Part shown: in pieces, positions 33,481 to 47,297 of the stretch
Layout: the number at the start of each line of letters is the position of its first letter
Numbering within the stretch: position 1 is the stretch's first letter
Origin: Eledone cirrhosa
Lineage: Eukaryota
Assembly (NCBI GenBank): GCA_964016885.1
Contig: OZ024762.1
Coordinates: 27,032,001 to 27,096,000, forward strand
Length of the DNA: 64,000 bases
Direction of reading: 5' to 3'
The notes under the pieces: model-generated
Database searches by the model: none
The model's input: the letters and a program-made list of their open reading frames with translations, nothing else
What the model was told of the DNA's origin: nothing
Translations under genes and position numbers: made by a program

Positions 33481-36400
33481 GAATAAGGACTTTCTAAAAC
33501 AATTTATAGAAAAATCGGACTCATTTATAAGAAGACTCAGATGGCATGCTTTTCATTTCGATAATAAATCTGATCGAAAGAAAATATTTCCAATCTTGAT
33601 AGAATCTTCAAATCCAAAAAGAATCCACATTCCAACAAACTATTAATGGAATTTGAAAATGAGATTATCTCCATCATACAAAACATTAAATTTAAGGAAA
33701 ACCACTTTGTAGGCCAGGATTACCTAAAAAGTCTGAAAAATAATATAGAAAACTTTGAAAAAACGGAAAAAATTATTGTTAAATCAGATAAAACCAACAA
33801 TCTTTACGGAATGCAAAAGGATGATTACAATGATCTTATATTGAAGGAATTAAGGAAGAATTACAAAAGAGCAACCAATGATGACCTTGAAAAACTAAAT
33901 ATTGAAGCTTCTTATATAATGCAGGAATTAGGCATCGAAAATAGGACTCAACCCTTCATACTTAGGAAACCAAAAATCAATTTGAAGGACCATAAAAGAA
34001 ATTTTGAAATCGAATTACCAGTTAGATTGATTGAACCATCTAAATCGGACCTTGGCATACTTAACAAGAATATTTTAGATAGAATCATACCATAACTTAA
34101 GGAAATATCTTATTTAAAATTATGGAATGGGACTAATCAAGTTATTGACTGGTTTAAGGACATTAAATATAAACATAGCAATAACTTCATTCAATTGGAT
34201 ATTGCTAATTATTACTCATCTTTTACTCCTAATCTACTTAATAAAGCCCTTACATATGCATTTAAATATGCAGATTTAACTAGCAATGAAATGTTCATTA
34301 TCTTAACTACACGTAAAATATTAATTAAATTTAGCAACCACCTTTGGACTAGAGCAGATAGGGATAACAATTTCGATATCACTATGGGGTCATCGGACGC
34401 GGCACGATTAACGGATCTTGTGCGGCTTTTTATTAACAATACTTTACATAGGAAAATACCGGAGATGACCGGTGGTTTATATCGTGACGATATGCTATTA
34501 CTTATTGAAAATAATAATAATTGTGAAATAAATAGGAAAAGAAAAGAAATTATACAATTTTTTAATAGCGTTAATCTTAAAGTAGAAGTAGAGAATAATT
34601 ATAAAATAGTTAATTTTTTAGATGTAACTTTAAACCTTAATACTGGTCTTTATTATCCATTTCAGAAAATAAATGAGAATTTAAACTATGTTAACTTCCA
34701 ATCACCCCAGATCCGTTAAAAACACTATTGTAAATTCTGTGCAGCAACGTATTTCTAGAATTTCAGCGAATAAAAATATATTTGAAGATAAGACACAATA
34801 TTATAACGAAGCGTTAGGTAGAGCAGGCTATAGTAATGAAATTGAATACATTGACAATAAGGATGTGCCAATTAACCATAACTATAAATATAATTATAAT
34901 AGGAAACCTTGCACTAACTCGAAAATCAAAAGAAAAAATAGAACTAGAAATATATTATGGTTCGCTCCCCCTTTCTCATTAAGTATTAAAACTCCTATAG
35001 CTAAATTATTTTTTAAAGCTCTAGATAATTGCTTTCTTAACACACAGATATTACTCAATCTTGAATAGACATACTATTAAACTCTCATATTCCACCACTA
35101 TGAATTTAGCGCAGAATATTAATAGAATTAATAATAGAAACTTAAAACCTAACCACAATAGCATTAATACCTCTAGCAATATCCAATATAATGTTACGGC
35201 TCCCAATAATATAAATTCAGATAAATGTAATTGTAGAAATAAATCTAACTGTCCTCTAAATAATAATTGTTTACTTAAAAATATAGTATACAATTGTAAT
35301 GTCAAAACAAATGACAATTCCTTTAACTATGTCGGCTCTGCTTCCACAGACTTCAAATCTTGTTTTAATAACTATAGATGTTCCTTTACGAATATTGGTA
35401 AAAAATCTTCAACTTCTCTATCTTACTTATTATGGGACTTAAAATCCAAGAATAGTAACTATTCTTTACTTTGGAAAATGATCTCCAAAGCTCCTTCATA
35501 CACTGCTTTATCCAAAAATTGCTCACTTTGCGTTGATGAAATATTCTTTATACTAAAAAGTAAGAACTCTATTAATTTGCGAAATAATTTATTTAGTTCC
35601 TGTAAACATCGTTTAAAATCAACTTTTAAATATATATATAAAATGTAATATATGATTTATCTCCTTTACATAATGTTTTCTATATCTATATATGATTCAT
35701 ATATATTTAATTTACTTTCTATTATCTATACCTCATATATATACTATATACTTCATATTATTACACCTATCGACATTTTTTTATATGACTGCTTGAAACT
35801 CCTTTAAAACTTACGGAAGGTTTTTTTTTTTAATTTTTTGAAAGTTCGTTTGAAAGATATAGAAAAACGATTATTTTCATATCTTCCAATATTTTTATAT
35901 CTTCAAACGTTTTTAATATCCAAATGTTTATATATATGTGGAAAAACATGATTTTTCTATATAGATTTTATGTATATATATATGTGGAATAACCTATGGT
36001 TTATGCTTTAAATATATACTTAAGATAAATTTCTTTTAATTTTTTAACTTTATAACAAGTAAATTTATGACTTCGTATAAAATAACATATGGTTCATGTT
36101 TTAATTATATTCTTAAGATAAAAAATGTTTAACTTTATAACATTTAATCCTTGGAGTCATCTGAGATCTTAAAAAATCACTTTTAACTTCCTTTACAATT
36201 CCTTACTGCTTTTATAATATAATTAAGTGGTTATTCCTTTGTAAACTCTCGTAAATTTTTCATATTTAGAATTATTTGGATGTTTAAATTTTGACTTACA
36301 ACTTTTAATAAAATAAACTATACTAGATTTTCTCTAATGTAAAATACTATATATTTATTTAAATAATTTATAATCCTTAACATACACATTTAAACCAATA

Positions 36401-37052
36401 TATTATTACTAATACATCTTAATATAATATAATTATTAATATTAAATTATTAAATTAAATCTTTAATGTTACGGCAAATTTTAATCTTTAATTTTGATTT
36501 CCAATTTTTAATTTTAATCTAATTTTTCAACCTATCATTATAAGTATTCTAATCAAAACGCAATGAGCCCTGCATTATAAACATTATTCTTCCACGTTAA
36601 TCTTATTTCTTCTTTACTTAGATATACTTACGCTGTGTATATTTCTCCTTTAAAACATTTTTCTTCATTCACTCTATCTTCACTATCAATATGTATAATC
36701 GTTCTTTCTTTCCTCTTCTATCTTTCACATTTATTTTTTATTTTTTCTCTCTCCCTTACATATCTTCTTCCAACAGTTTAATTTAAATAAACCGTTATCT
36801 TTTCAACCTTTCGGACACTCATTTGCATACTCACTCATAACTTTGTGTTACCCTCAATAAATGTACTATATCCACTTTCCAGAAACTTCCAACCGTTAAG
36901 GTTGTCTTTTTTCCGGGTATGTCAATATTTATTTATGAAACAAATCTGTATTTTATCAGATGAAAGCGCACCATAATTTGCCTTGGTTGCCCTTGAAATA
37001 TGGATAATAAAATAAATATGGTTTTATAAATATAGTTTCCATTTATTAATAT

Positions 37053-37055
<3 letters not shown>
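33480..37055 (+). mobile_element. Largely complete decayed PLE (YRDD-type RT, GIY-YIG, AT-rich 3' UTR/pLTR)
   Basis: SFIRRLRW, KSDKT, NLKDHK, DIANYYSS, MGSSD, GLYRDD, FLDV, CNCRNKSNCPL, NIVYNC..YVGS, CSLC. Confidence 0.85.
36949..37014 (+). ncRNA. Hammerhead family B at the PLE 3' end (core CAGAUGA)
   Basis: 8-bp stem I uauuuuau/auaaaaua; GAAAuauggAUA; U4A change. Confidence 0.55.
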
Positions 37056-37083
<28 letters not shown>

Positions 37084-37124
37084 TAATATAGAAGAGCTTC
37101 TACATGTGTGTATATATATATGTA

Positions 37125-37161
<37 letters not shown>

Positions 37162-37275
37162 GTTTGTATATGTATAATAAAGCCAAAACAATGCAGGTAT
37201 GGACATAGAATAAAGAATGCAAATGCAAAAGATATTGTTGACAATTAGTCTTTTACCTTAGATTTATTTAAATGT

Positions 37276-37310
37276 CCTTAATTTTCGAGATAATATCTCT
37301 TCTTCGGAGG
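37276..37310 (-). ncRNA. Ultra-minimal hammerhead, family G (core CCGAAGA)
   Basis: ccu-CCGAAGA-a-gagaua/uaucuc-GAAAAUUA|agg. Confidence 0.4.
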
Positions 37311-39415
37311 GAAGTAAAGCGGTTAAACCAGTGTTCTAAATAGCTTGCCAAGTCATGCTGACAGGAAATGGTATAGAGTATCTGTTCTATCTCTAATGTC
37401 AAAGAGTTAAGGTTAGGTGGATAAAGAGTAGTCTCCCTTTAAAAGGTTTTTTTTTTGTGCATGCCTGTTTAAGTGTGTGGGAGAATGCATGAAGGTGTAA
37501 GTATGTGAGTGTGTGTGTGTGAGAGTGAGAAGATATGTCTATTCGTAAATGTGGGGGATAGATGTTATCTCGTGTTAGAACTGGTCTCTGTGTGTGTATG
37601 TGTGTGTGTGAGAGAGAATAAGTGGAGGTGTAAATGTGTGTGTGTGTGTGTGCGTGTGCGTGTGCGTGTGTGCATGGGGTTGGGTGTAAATATGGGGCTA
37701 GAAGCTCTATCAAGTTATAAATTGGGTGTTGAGTTCTAGTCTATTATTGATTGGTGGTTGTGTTTTGTCTATAATTAGTGCTTCCTTAATTCTAAGATTG
37801 CCGAGGTTTCTTTCCTTAGTTTCTATCCTAACTGTTATGGTTTTGTCGGCATTTAACTAGGTGTTTCTTAAATGAGGAAGCGTTAGTATTGAGGTGTTAT
37901 TTTATTCTTATGTGGAGTGGTCTGGTGGTGCTACCTACGTAGAAGTTGCTGCATTTGTCACACTATAGTCTGTATACGACGTAAGCCTGGTGGCATAGGT
38001 CTGTGTCGTTGATGGGGCAGTTGCCTAGCCTGCAGCAGTTGTCATGTCTGGTGGAGTGACTTTTGGTTAGCTCTCCAAGTAGAGAAGGACCTGAGTGGGC
38101 CAGTTGGATATCTAGTCCCTCTCGTCTGATAGCACTGCGGATGGCTGTTTGTTGTTTCGTCACTAAAGTGTGGGAGCTTCAGGAAGCAAGTGTTAGTGCC
38201 TCGGGTGTGGTGTCCTCTGTTCTTTCTGGCACGGTTTGTGGTGGATGTCGTGTATCCGTTCAGTTTGAGTACTTCCAGGAAATGTGTGGTGTGTGTGTCT
38301 CGGTCTCTAGTGTCGGTGCATTTATTCCGGATACGTGTTAGTTCGTTCCTTATGTATCCGAACTTAGCGCCGGCTGGGAGGGCCGATCTGAAATGTATGA
38401 ACAGGTGCCTGCTGGCAGCTTTTTTATAGAAGCAGGTGTGGATGTTGCCTTCCTCTGCTACCCTGAGTTGGAGTCCAGTAGGGATAGGGATCCGTGGTCA
38501 TCGGGGTGTTCCATGCTGAACTTTATACTGGCGTCCATGCTGGAGAATGTCGTGTATATTTAATCTGCCTCCACACTGGATGATGTTAGGATGAGTACGT
38601 CATCTACATATCGGGTGAAGAATGTATGGGAATGGCAGGTGTTGAGGGCTTGGCATTCTAGCTGGTTCATATAGGTGATGGCCAGCAGGCCCGATAGGCT
38701 GGATCCCATGGGTAATCCTGTTGTTTGTCTGTACGTGTGGTGGTGGAAGGTGAAGTACGTGTTGTCTACTGTGAAGGACAGAAGCTGGTGTATGTCCGTC
38801 GGATGGAGGCCGTAGGAGTGGATGTCCTCTGCCACCCCGCAGTCCGTCAATAAATCGACAGCTGGATGAGCGGGGACTGTAGTGTAGAGGGAGACAACGT
38901 CGAGGCTAAAGGCGTATCTATTTAGTTTAAGTTGTTCTGGCTGGAGTTGGTGTAGTCTACGTATAACTTCGTCGGAGCTACTGACATGCCCGAGAAAGGT
39001 GGAGAGTAGAGGCTTGAGGAATTGGGAGAGGAGCCAGGAAATTGTGTATAGGGGTCCTTCTATGCTAGAGACGATGGGTCTTATTTGCGTCTTAGTACTA
39101 TTCTTGTGGGTCTTGATGAGGTGGTAGAAAGTGGGCAGTCTGCTATTTCTAGTGGTGTAGTTGAGCTTAACTTTATTTGGGAGTTGTCTTCTCCTACAGA
39201 TATCGAACCACACACACACTCACATACTTACACCTTCATGCATTCTCCCACACACTTAAACAGGCATGTACAAAAAAAACCTTTTAAAGGGAGACTACTC
39301 TTTATCCACCTAATCTTAACTCTTTGACATTAGAGATAGAACAGATACTCTATACCATTTCCTTTCAGCATGACTTGGCAAGCTATTTAGAACACTGGTT
39401 TAACCGCTTTACTTC

Positions 39416-39450
39416 CCTCCGAAGAAGAGATATTATCTCGAAAATTAAGG
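39416..39450 (+). ncRNA. Ultra-minimal hammerhead, family G (core CCGAAGA)
   Basis: Inverted copy of 37276-37310. Confidence 0.4.
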
Positions 39451-39920
39451 ACATTTAAATAAATCTAAGGTAAAAGACTAATTGTCAACAATATCTTTTG
39501 CATTTGCATTCTTTATTCTATGTCCATACCTGCATTGTTTTGGATTTATTATACATATACAAACGTTTATACCCATTACACAATACTTCAAGTGAACTAT
39601 AACCTCCTCCTATATATGTACTCTTTTACCTGTTTCAGCCATCCGGCTGAAGCCATGCTGGGGCACCGCCCTATATATATATATATAACAAAGAATTGAG
39701 GTAAGGTAGCAGATGGACTATAACGCACAAGAGTACTCAATACTTAGGGTAGTAGAGTGGGAAATAGGAAAAAGTATGACCACGACGGCAGAGCTCAAGC
39801 CGTTTGGACGGCTATTTCTGGACTGAACCTCTGCCGTCGGGGTCATACTTTTTCCTATATATATATATATATTATATAGAAGAGCTTCGAACTGTATATA
39901 TATATATAATTATGTATATA

Positions 39921-40059
<139 letters not shown>

Positions 40060-40090
40060 GTATATATATATATATATGTATATATATATG

Positions 40091-40125
<35 letters not shown>

Positions 40126-40289
40126 GTATGTATATATATATATAGGATTAAAATACTGGAGTGTGTTGGAGTTAAACACCCTCTTCGTATTATAGAAATG
40201 ACAGTAAAAGGTATATCTCAATGTAATTAAACAGAGCCGAAGAATTATGAAAATAAAACAAAGAAGCCTTCAATACATCAAAAGTCTTT

Positions 40290-40334
40290 ATTAGCCAACA
40301 ATGTTTCGTCCTATTAAGGACTCATCAGGGCAAT
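40290..40334 (-). ncRNA. Minimal type I hammerhead, family H
   Basis: auugcc-CUGAUGA-guccu-uaau-aggac-GAAAcauuGUU|ggcuaau, followed by AAUAAA. Confidence 0.8.
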
Positions 40335-41613
40335 CAAAACCACAAGAAGTACTATCGGCCAATACAAGCCGAAAACTCCGAAGAATATGGAGTGTACATA
40401 CACTAAAGTATTGGAAGATTATGGGTAAAAATATATAATAAAAATCACTAAGGAGGTGGATAACATTTTGAACCATATTACAAATATAGTCCAAAAAAAA
40501 ACAAAAAAAAAAAACTAGAGCTAAACAAGAGTGGTTATATAGAGCGGGAATTATAGTACTATACATAATACAATATAATATAATATAATATACTTGTAAC
40601 AATATTAAAATTAAAATTAAATTATTTTGATTTTATTTATTTATTTTGATTTTATTTATTTATTTATTAATACTACTGTGCATAGTATTTTCTGTCTGGC
40701 CCTTATTCACTCATTCACATATGTGTCTGTTTACCAACCTTGTAATTATAAGTAATTATATATTATATTATGTTCATTATTTTATATTGAAGTTGTTATT
40801 GTACTATTGATCCTTATTACTTACCGATGATTTTATGTACCATTATGATATGTTAAATTTTCTATATCATGTAAGATGTTTATATTTTTGTACCATCATA
40901 ATTTTGGTTATTGTACAATTTATATTTTTTTCTCACCTACTCTGTAACTATATATGAATTGATTCGTTAACTTACATGCCATTATATATTATATATTATT
41001 ATATTATTATTATAGTATTATTGTGACATCTATATTGTTTGTGTAAATTAACCGGAGATTATCTATTATATTATATTATATATTATATAATTATATAGTT
41101 GATTATATATTATATGTGTTACTTTTAATCATTTCATTACTTCATGTTATACTGTATATTAGATATACGTATTATTATTATTTTTATTCCTATTATGCTT
41201 ATTTATATTTAAACTCTTAATAAGGTTTAATTTGTGCTGTTAATGATGGAAATGTGTATTGATGTATATGTATATGTGCGTACGTGTGCGTACATATATA
41301 CATAAGTATATTGTGCCTTTTAATTTTAATTTTAATTTTAATATTGTTACAAGTATATTATATTATATTATATTGTATTATATATAGAACTATAATTCCC
41401 GCTCTATATAACCACTCTTGTTTAGCTCTAGTTTTTTTTTTGTTTTTTTTGCTTTGGACTATATTTGTAATATGGTTCAAAATGTTATCCACCTCCTTAG
41501 TGATTTTTATTATATATTTTTACCCATAATCTTCCAATACTTTAGTGTATGTACACTCCATATTCTTCGGAGTTTTCGGCTTGTATTGGCCGATAGTACT
41601 TCTTGTGGTTTTG

Positions 41614-41658
41614 ATTGCCCTGATAAGTCCTTAATAGGACGAAACATTGTTGGCTAAT
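41614..41658 (+). ncRNA. Hammerhead family H with core mutation (CUGAUAA), probably inactive
   Basis: G8A relative to the 40290 copy. Confidence 0.6.
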
Positions 41659-41697
41659 AAAGACTTTTGATGTATTGAAGGCTTCTTTGTTTTATTT

Positions 41698-41780
<83 letters not shown>

Positions 41781-41862
41781 TTTATTCCGGGTTGAATCGG
41801 AGGTAACCACAGTAAGTAAGGTACTCAATACATAGCAGAGTATAACAGTTTTAATATAGATG

Positions 41863-41913
41863 AGATTCTACAGGACTAGAACTGTTTCATTCATTTGAAA
41901 TCATCAGGAATCT
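41863..41913 (-). ncRNA. Type I hammerhead, family A
   Basis: agauuc-CUGAUGA-uuuc aaau gaau-GAAAcag..cuGUA|gaaucu. Confidence 0.7.
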
Positions 41914-42559
41914 GGGTATCAAAAAATAAATATGGTATTTATAGGTCTCTACAAGTGGTAGGAGAGGGTGGGTAGTGGGATGGGTGCAGGTCATTGGTTG
42001 ATAGAAAAGGGAATTCATTAAAAGCTAATTCTACAAACCTATAGTTTATTTTTATTTTTATTTTTATTTATTTATGTTTTTAGAGTAACAAGGGCAGACA
42101 GAATTCTATAAACAGGTTCCGGATGGCCTACCATTCCTTGTCAATAAGTTTCTCTTAAGCTAACAGATGTCTATAAAATCAGTGTGGGGTCAGTCATAGT
42201 CCATAGAATTAAAGAAAAGGGAGATTCTTTAAAAGCTAAAGTCATTAAGGTTCTACTAAGTGACAAAGGTCTAGAGAATTCTGCAGACAGATTCAAAATA
42301 CTGAGTGCATATCTTACTATTATCTTCGAACTTCTCTTAAACTAATCAACTATATGCCAAAAATCAACAGACGCATTCACAAAAAAACAAAAAAACACAT
42401 ACTCACTCACACACTTACGCGCAATCATAAACACACACACAAACACATATACACACATAAAAACACACACACATATATATATATAAAAATATATAAATAT
42501 AAATATATATTCATGTACACACACGTACATACAGACATACATACATACATACATATATA

Positions 42560-42645
<86 letters not shown>

Positions 42646-42679
42646 ATATAAAAATATATACACATACTTACACACACAC

Positions 42680-42711
<32 letters not shown>

Positions 42712-42885
42712 AGATACACACACACACATACACATACATACACACACACACACATATATATACACATATAAATACACTCACACGGATACATACAAACACG
42801 AATATACATGTATATACACACAAATACACATAGACATATATACATACACAAATATATACATATACATACATACATATATATATAT

Positions 42886-42956
<71 letters not shown>

Positions 42957-42963
42957 CACACAC

Positions 42964-42996
<33 letters not shown>

Positions 42997-43157
42997 TACA
43001 TACATACACATACATATATACACACACATATACGTATACACATATATATACATATATATATACACACATATACATATATATATATACATATATACACATA
43101 TATACATACACACACACACATGCACACACACACACACACGTATATATATATATATAT

Positions 43158-43202
<45 letters not shown>

Positions 43203-43490
43203 CAAATAACGAAACGAAATTAAATTTCGTTTCGTTTGTAACTCACTTTTGTATGACTGACGCTTAAACAATTAAGTTAAAAATGTACATCCACATATGT
43301 ATACTGAAATACTAGTATGCATATGAATACACACACGTATACATATGTAGATGTACCGAGTTTTTCACTGGTCACTTTACTGTGAGTGTCCAGCTATTTT
43401 GTATGTAAACACACAGACAAACCGGTTTTTAGAGTCATACTGGTTTTTGAGGAAACACCTTTCCTCTATTCTCCAGAAAGCCAGGCAAGG

Positions 43491-43535
43491 AATATTGAAC
43501 TAGTTTCGATGTTGTTACATCTCATCAGCAATATT
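43491..43535 (-). ncRNA. Minimal type I hammerhead, family I
   Basis: Reverse complement of 45014-45058. Confidence 0.88.
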
Positions 43536-43955
43536 TACCTATCTTCCGGCCTCTCTAGAGAATCGTAAAGCACATATCGTTATATGCTTTTTCTATGAAA
43601 ATTAGTAGTGGGCAGACTAATTTGCATAGAGCGTGAGTACGTACCGGTTCAACGGAGACGATAAAAACAAATAACGAAACGAAATTAAATTTCGTTTCGT
43701 TTGTAACTCACTTTTGTATGACTGACGCTTAAACAATTAAGTTAAAAATGTACATCCACATATGTATACTGAAATACTAGTATGCATATGAATACACACA
43801 CGTATACATATGTAGATGTACCGAGTTTTTCACTGGTCACTTTACTGTGAGTTTCCAGCTATTCTGTATGTAAACACACAGACAAACCGGTTTTTAGAGT
43901 CATACTGGTTTTTGAGGAAACACCTTTCCTCTATTCTCCAGAAAGCCAGGCAAGG

Positions 43956-44000
43956 AATATTGAACTAGTTTCGATGTTGTTACATCTCATCAGCAATATT
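43956..44000 (-). ncRNA. Minimal type I hammerhead, family I
   Basis: Identical motif. Confidence 0.88.
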
Positions 44001-44421
44001 TACCTATCTTCCGGCCTCTCTAGAGAATCGTAAAAGCACATATCGTTATATGCTTTTTCTATTAAAATTAGTAGTGGGCAGACTAATTTGCATAGAGCGT
44101 GAGTACGTACCGGTTCAATGGAGACGATAAAAACAAATAACGAAACGAAATTAAATTTCGTTTCGTTTGTAACTCACTTTTGTATGACTGACGCTTAAAC
44201 AATTAAGTTAAAAATGTACATCCACATATGTATACTGAAATACTAGTATGCATATGAATACACACACGTATACATATGTAGATGTACCGAGTTTTTCACT
44301 TGTCACTTTACTGTGAGTGTCCAGCTATTCTGTATGTAAACACACAGACAAACCGGTTTTTAGAGTCATACTGGTTTTTGAGGAAACAACTTTCCTCTAT
44401 TCTCCAGAAAGCCAGGCAAGG

Positions 44422-44466
44422 AATATTGAACTAGTTTCGATGTTGTTACATCTCATCAGCAATATT
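44422..44466 (-). ncRNA. Minimal type I hammerhead, family I
   Basis: Identical motif. Confidence 0.88.
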
Positions 44467-45013
44467 TACCTATCTTCCGGCCTCTCTAGAGATTCGTAAA
44501 ACCACATATCGTCATATGCTTTTTCTATGAAAATTAGTAGTGGGCAGACTAATTTGCATAGAGCGTGAGTACGTACCGGTTCAACGGAGACGATAAAAAC
44601 AAATAACGAAACGAAATTAAATTTCGTTTCGTTTGTAACTCACTTTTGTAGGACTGACGCTTAAACAATTAAGTTAAAAATGTACATCCACATATGTATA
44701 CTGAAATACTAGTATGCATATGAATACACACACGTATACATATGTAGATGAATACACACACGTATACATATGTAGATGTACCGAGTTTTTCACTGGTCAC
44801 TTTACTGTGAGTGTCCAGCTATTCTGTATGTAAACACACAGACAAACCGGTTTTTAGAGTCATACTCGTTTCGTTATTTGTTTTTATCGTCTCCGTTGAA
44901 CCGGTACGTACTCACGCTCTATGCAAATTAGTCTGCCCACTACTAATTTTCATAGAAAAAGCATATAACGATATGTGCTTTTACGATTCTCTAGAGAGGC
45001 CGGAAGATAGGTA

Positions 45014-45058
45014 AATATTGCTGATGAGATGTAACAACATCGAAACTAGTTCAATATT
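45014..45058 (+). ncRNA. Minimal type I hammerhead, family I
   Basis: aauauug-CUGAUGA-gaugu-aaca-acauc-GAAAcuaGUU|caauauu; perfect stems I and II; palindromic AACUAGUU stem III. Confidence 0.9.
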
Positions 45059-45479
45059 CCTTGCCTGGCTTTCTGGAGAATAGAGGAAAGGTGTTTCCTC
45101 AAAAACCAGTATGACTCTAAAGACCGGTTTGTCTGTGTGTTTACATACAGAATAGCTGGACACTCACAGTAAAGTGACCAGTGAAAAACTCGGTACATCT
45201 ACATATGTATACGTGTGTGTATTCATATGCATACTAGTATTTCAGTATACATATGTGGATGTACATTTTTAACTTAATTGTTTAAGCGTCAGTCATACAA
45301 AAGTGAGTTACAAACGAAACGAAATTTAATTTCGTTTCGTTATTTGTTTTTATCGTCTCCGTTGAACCGGTACGTACTCACGCTCTATGCAAATTAGTCT
45401 GCCCACTACTAATTTTCATAGAAAAAGCATATAACGATATGTGCTTTTACGATTCTCTAGAGAGGCCGGAAGATGGGTA

Positions 45480-45524
45480 AATATTGCTGATGAGATGTAA
45501 CAACATCGAAACTAGTTCAATATT
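45480..45524 (+). ncRNA. Minimal type I hammerhead, family I
   Basis: Identical motif 466 nt downstream. Confidence 0.9.
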
Positions 45525-45748
45525 CCTTGCCTGGCTTTCTGGAGAATAGAGGAAAGGTGTTTCCTCAAAAACCAGTATGACTCTAAAAACCGGTTTGTCT
45601 GTGTGTTTACATACAGAATAGCTGGACACTCACAGTAAAGTGACCAGTGAAAAACTCGGTACATCTACATATGTATACGTGTGTGTATTCATATGCATAC
45701 TAGTATTTCAGTATACATATGTGGATGTACATTTTTAACTTAATTGTT

Positions 45749-45779
<31 letters not shown>

Positions 45780-45964
45780 ACCCATAGACACACATATATA
45801 TATACATATATACACACAAACACACACACACATATATATATACACAAATACATATAAATATACACATTCATATATATAACCTTATATGTATTTGTGTATA
45901 TATATATGTGTGTGTGTGTTTGTGTGTATATATGTATATATATATGTGTGTGTATGGTTTTTTT

Positions 45965-46017
<53 letters not shown>

Positions 46018-46184
46018 ATATATATATATATATATACGTGTGTGTGTGTGTGCATGTGTGTGTGTGTATGTATATATGTGTATATATGTATATATATATA
46101 TATATATGTATATGTGTGTATATATATATGTATATATATGTGTATACGTATATGTGTGTGTATATATGTATGTGTATGTATGTA

Positions 46185-46215
<31 letters not shown>

Positions 46216-46220
46216 GTGTG

Positions 46221-46275
<55 letters not shown>

Positions 46276-46519
46276 GTGTGTGTATATATATATATGTATG
46301 TATGTATATGTATATATTTGTGTATGTATATATGTCTATGTGTATTTGTGTGTATATACATGTATATTCGTGTTTGTATGTATGCGTGTGAGTGTATTTA
46401 TTTGTGTATATATATGTGTGTGTGTGTGTATGTATGTGTATGTGTGTGTGTGTAACTGTATATATATATATATATAAATGTATATGTGTGTGTGTATGTG
46501 TGTGTATATATTTTTATAT

Positions 46520-46597
<78 letters not shown>

Positions 46598-47234
46598 TAT
46601 ATATGTATGTATGTATGTCTGTATGTACGTGTGTGTACATGAATATATATTTATATTTATATATTTTTATATATATATATGTGTGTGTGTTTTTATGTGT
46701 GTATATGTGTTTGTGTGTGTGTTTATGGTTGCGCGTAAGTGTGTGAGTGAGTATGTGTTTTTTTTGTTTTTTTGTGAATGTGTCTGTTGATTTTTGGCAT
46801 ATAGTTGATTAGTTTAAGAGAAGTTCGAAGATAATAGTAAGATATGCACTCTGTATTTTGAATCTGTCTGCAGAATTCTCTAGACCTTTGTCACTTAGTA
46901 GAACCTTAATGACTTTAGCTTTTAAAGAATCTCCCTTTTCTTTAAATCTATGGACTATGACTGACCCCCCACTGATTTTATAGACATCTGTTAGCTTAAG
47001 AGAAACTTATTGACAAGGAATGGTAGGCCATCCGGAACCTGTTTATAGAATTCTGTCTGCCCTTGTTACTCTAAAAACATAAATAAATAAAAATAAAAAT
47101 AAACTATAGCTTTGTAGAATTAGCTTTTAATGAATTCCCTTTTCTATCAACCAATGACCTGCACCCATCCCACTCCCCACCCTCTCCAACCACTTGTAGA
47201 GACCTATAAATACCATATTTATTTTTTGATACCC

Positions 47235-47285
47235 AGATTCCTGATGATTTCAAATGAATGAAACAGTTCTAGTCCTGTAGAATCT
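47235..47285 (+). ncRNA. Type I hammerhead, family A
   Basis: Inverted copy of 41863-41913. Confidence 0.7.
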
Positions 47286-47297
47286 CATCTATATTAA

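Larger units (their letters stand above)
37158..39612 (-). mobile_element. PLE (YVDD-type, Poseidon/Penelope-like), 5'-truncated with inverted pLTR (39208-39612)
   Basis: FYHLIKTHK, IRPIVS, SLDVVSLYT, GLPMGS, RYVDD; VVYRL..C..C..FYVGST; 3' UTR repeated in inverted orientation at the 5' end. Confidence 0.88.
40250..41697. mobile_element. pLTR family H with ~370-bp inverted arms
   Basis: 40250-40618 is the reverse complement of 41322-41697. Confidence 0.8.
43198..45750. mobile_element. 466-bp tandem array of hammerhead-containing units (retrozyme-like)
   Basis: Unit periods 465, 466 and 466 in 43198-44866 (HHR on minus) and 466 in 44867-45750 (HHR on plus); units nearly identical. Confidence 0.85.

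Noticed and set aside
43386-45629. Repeated 60-aa ORF MSSYSVCKHTDKP... in the array
   Set aside because: GTG start, antisense to the hammerhead, start lost in one unit; it recurs only because the units are near-identical.
43198-45750. CRISPR array interpretation
   Set aside because: Whole 466-bp units repeat; there are no unique spacers and no cas genes, and the context is eukaryotic.
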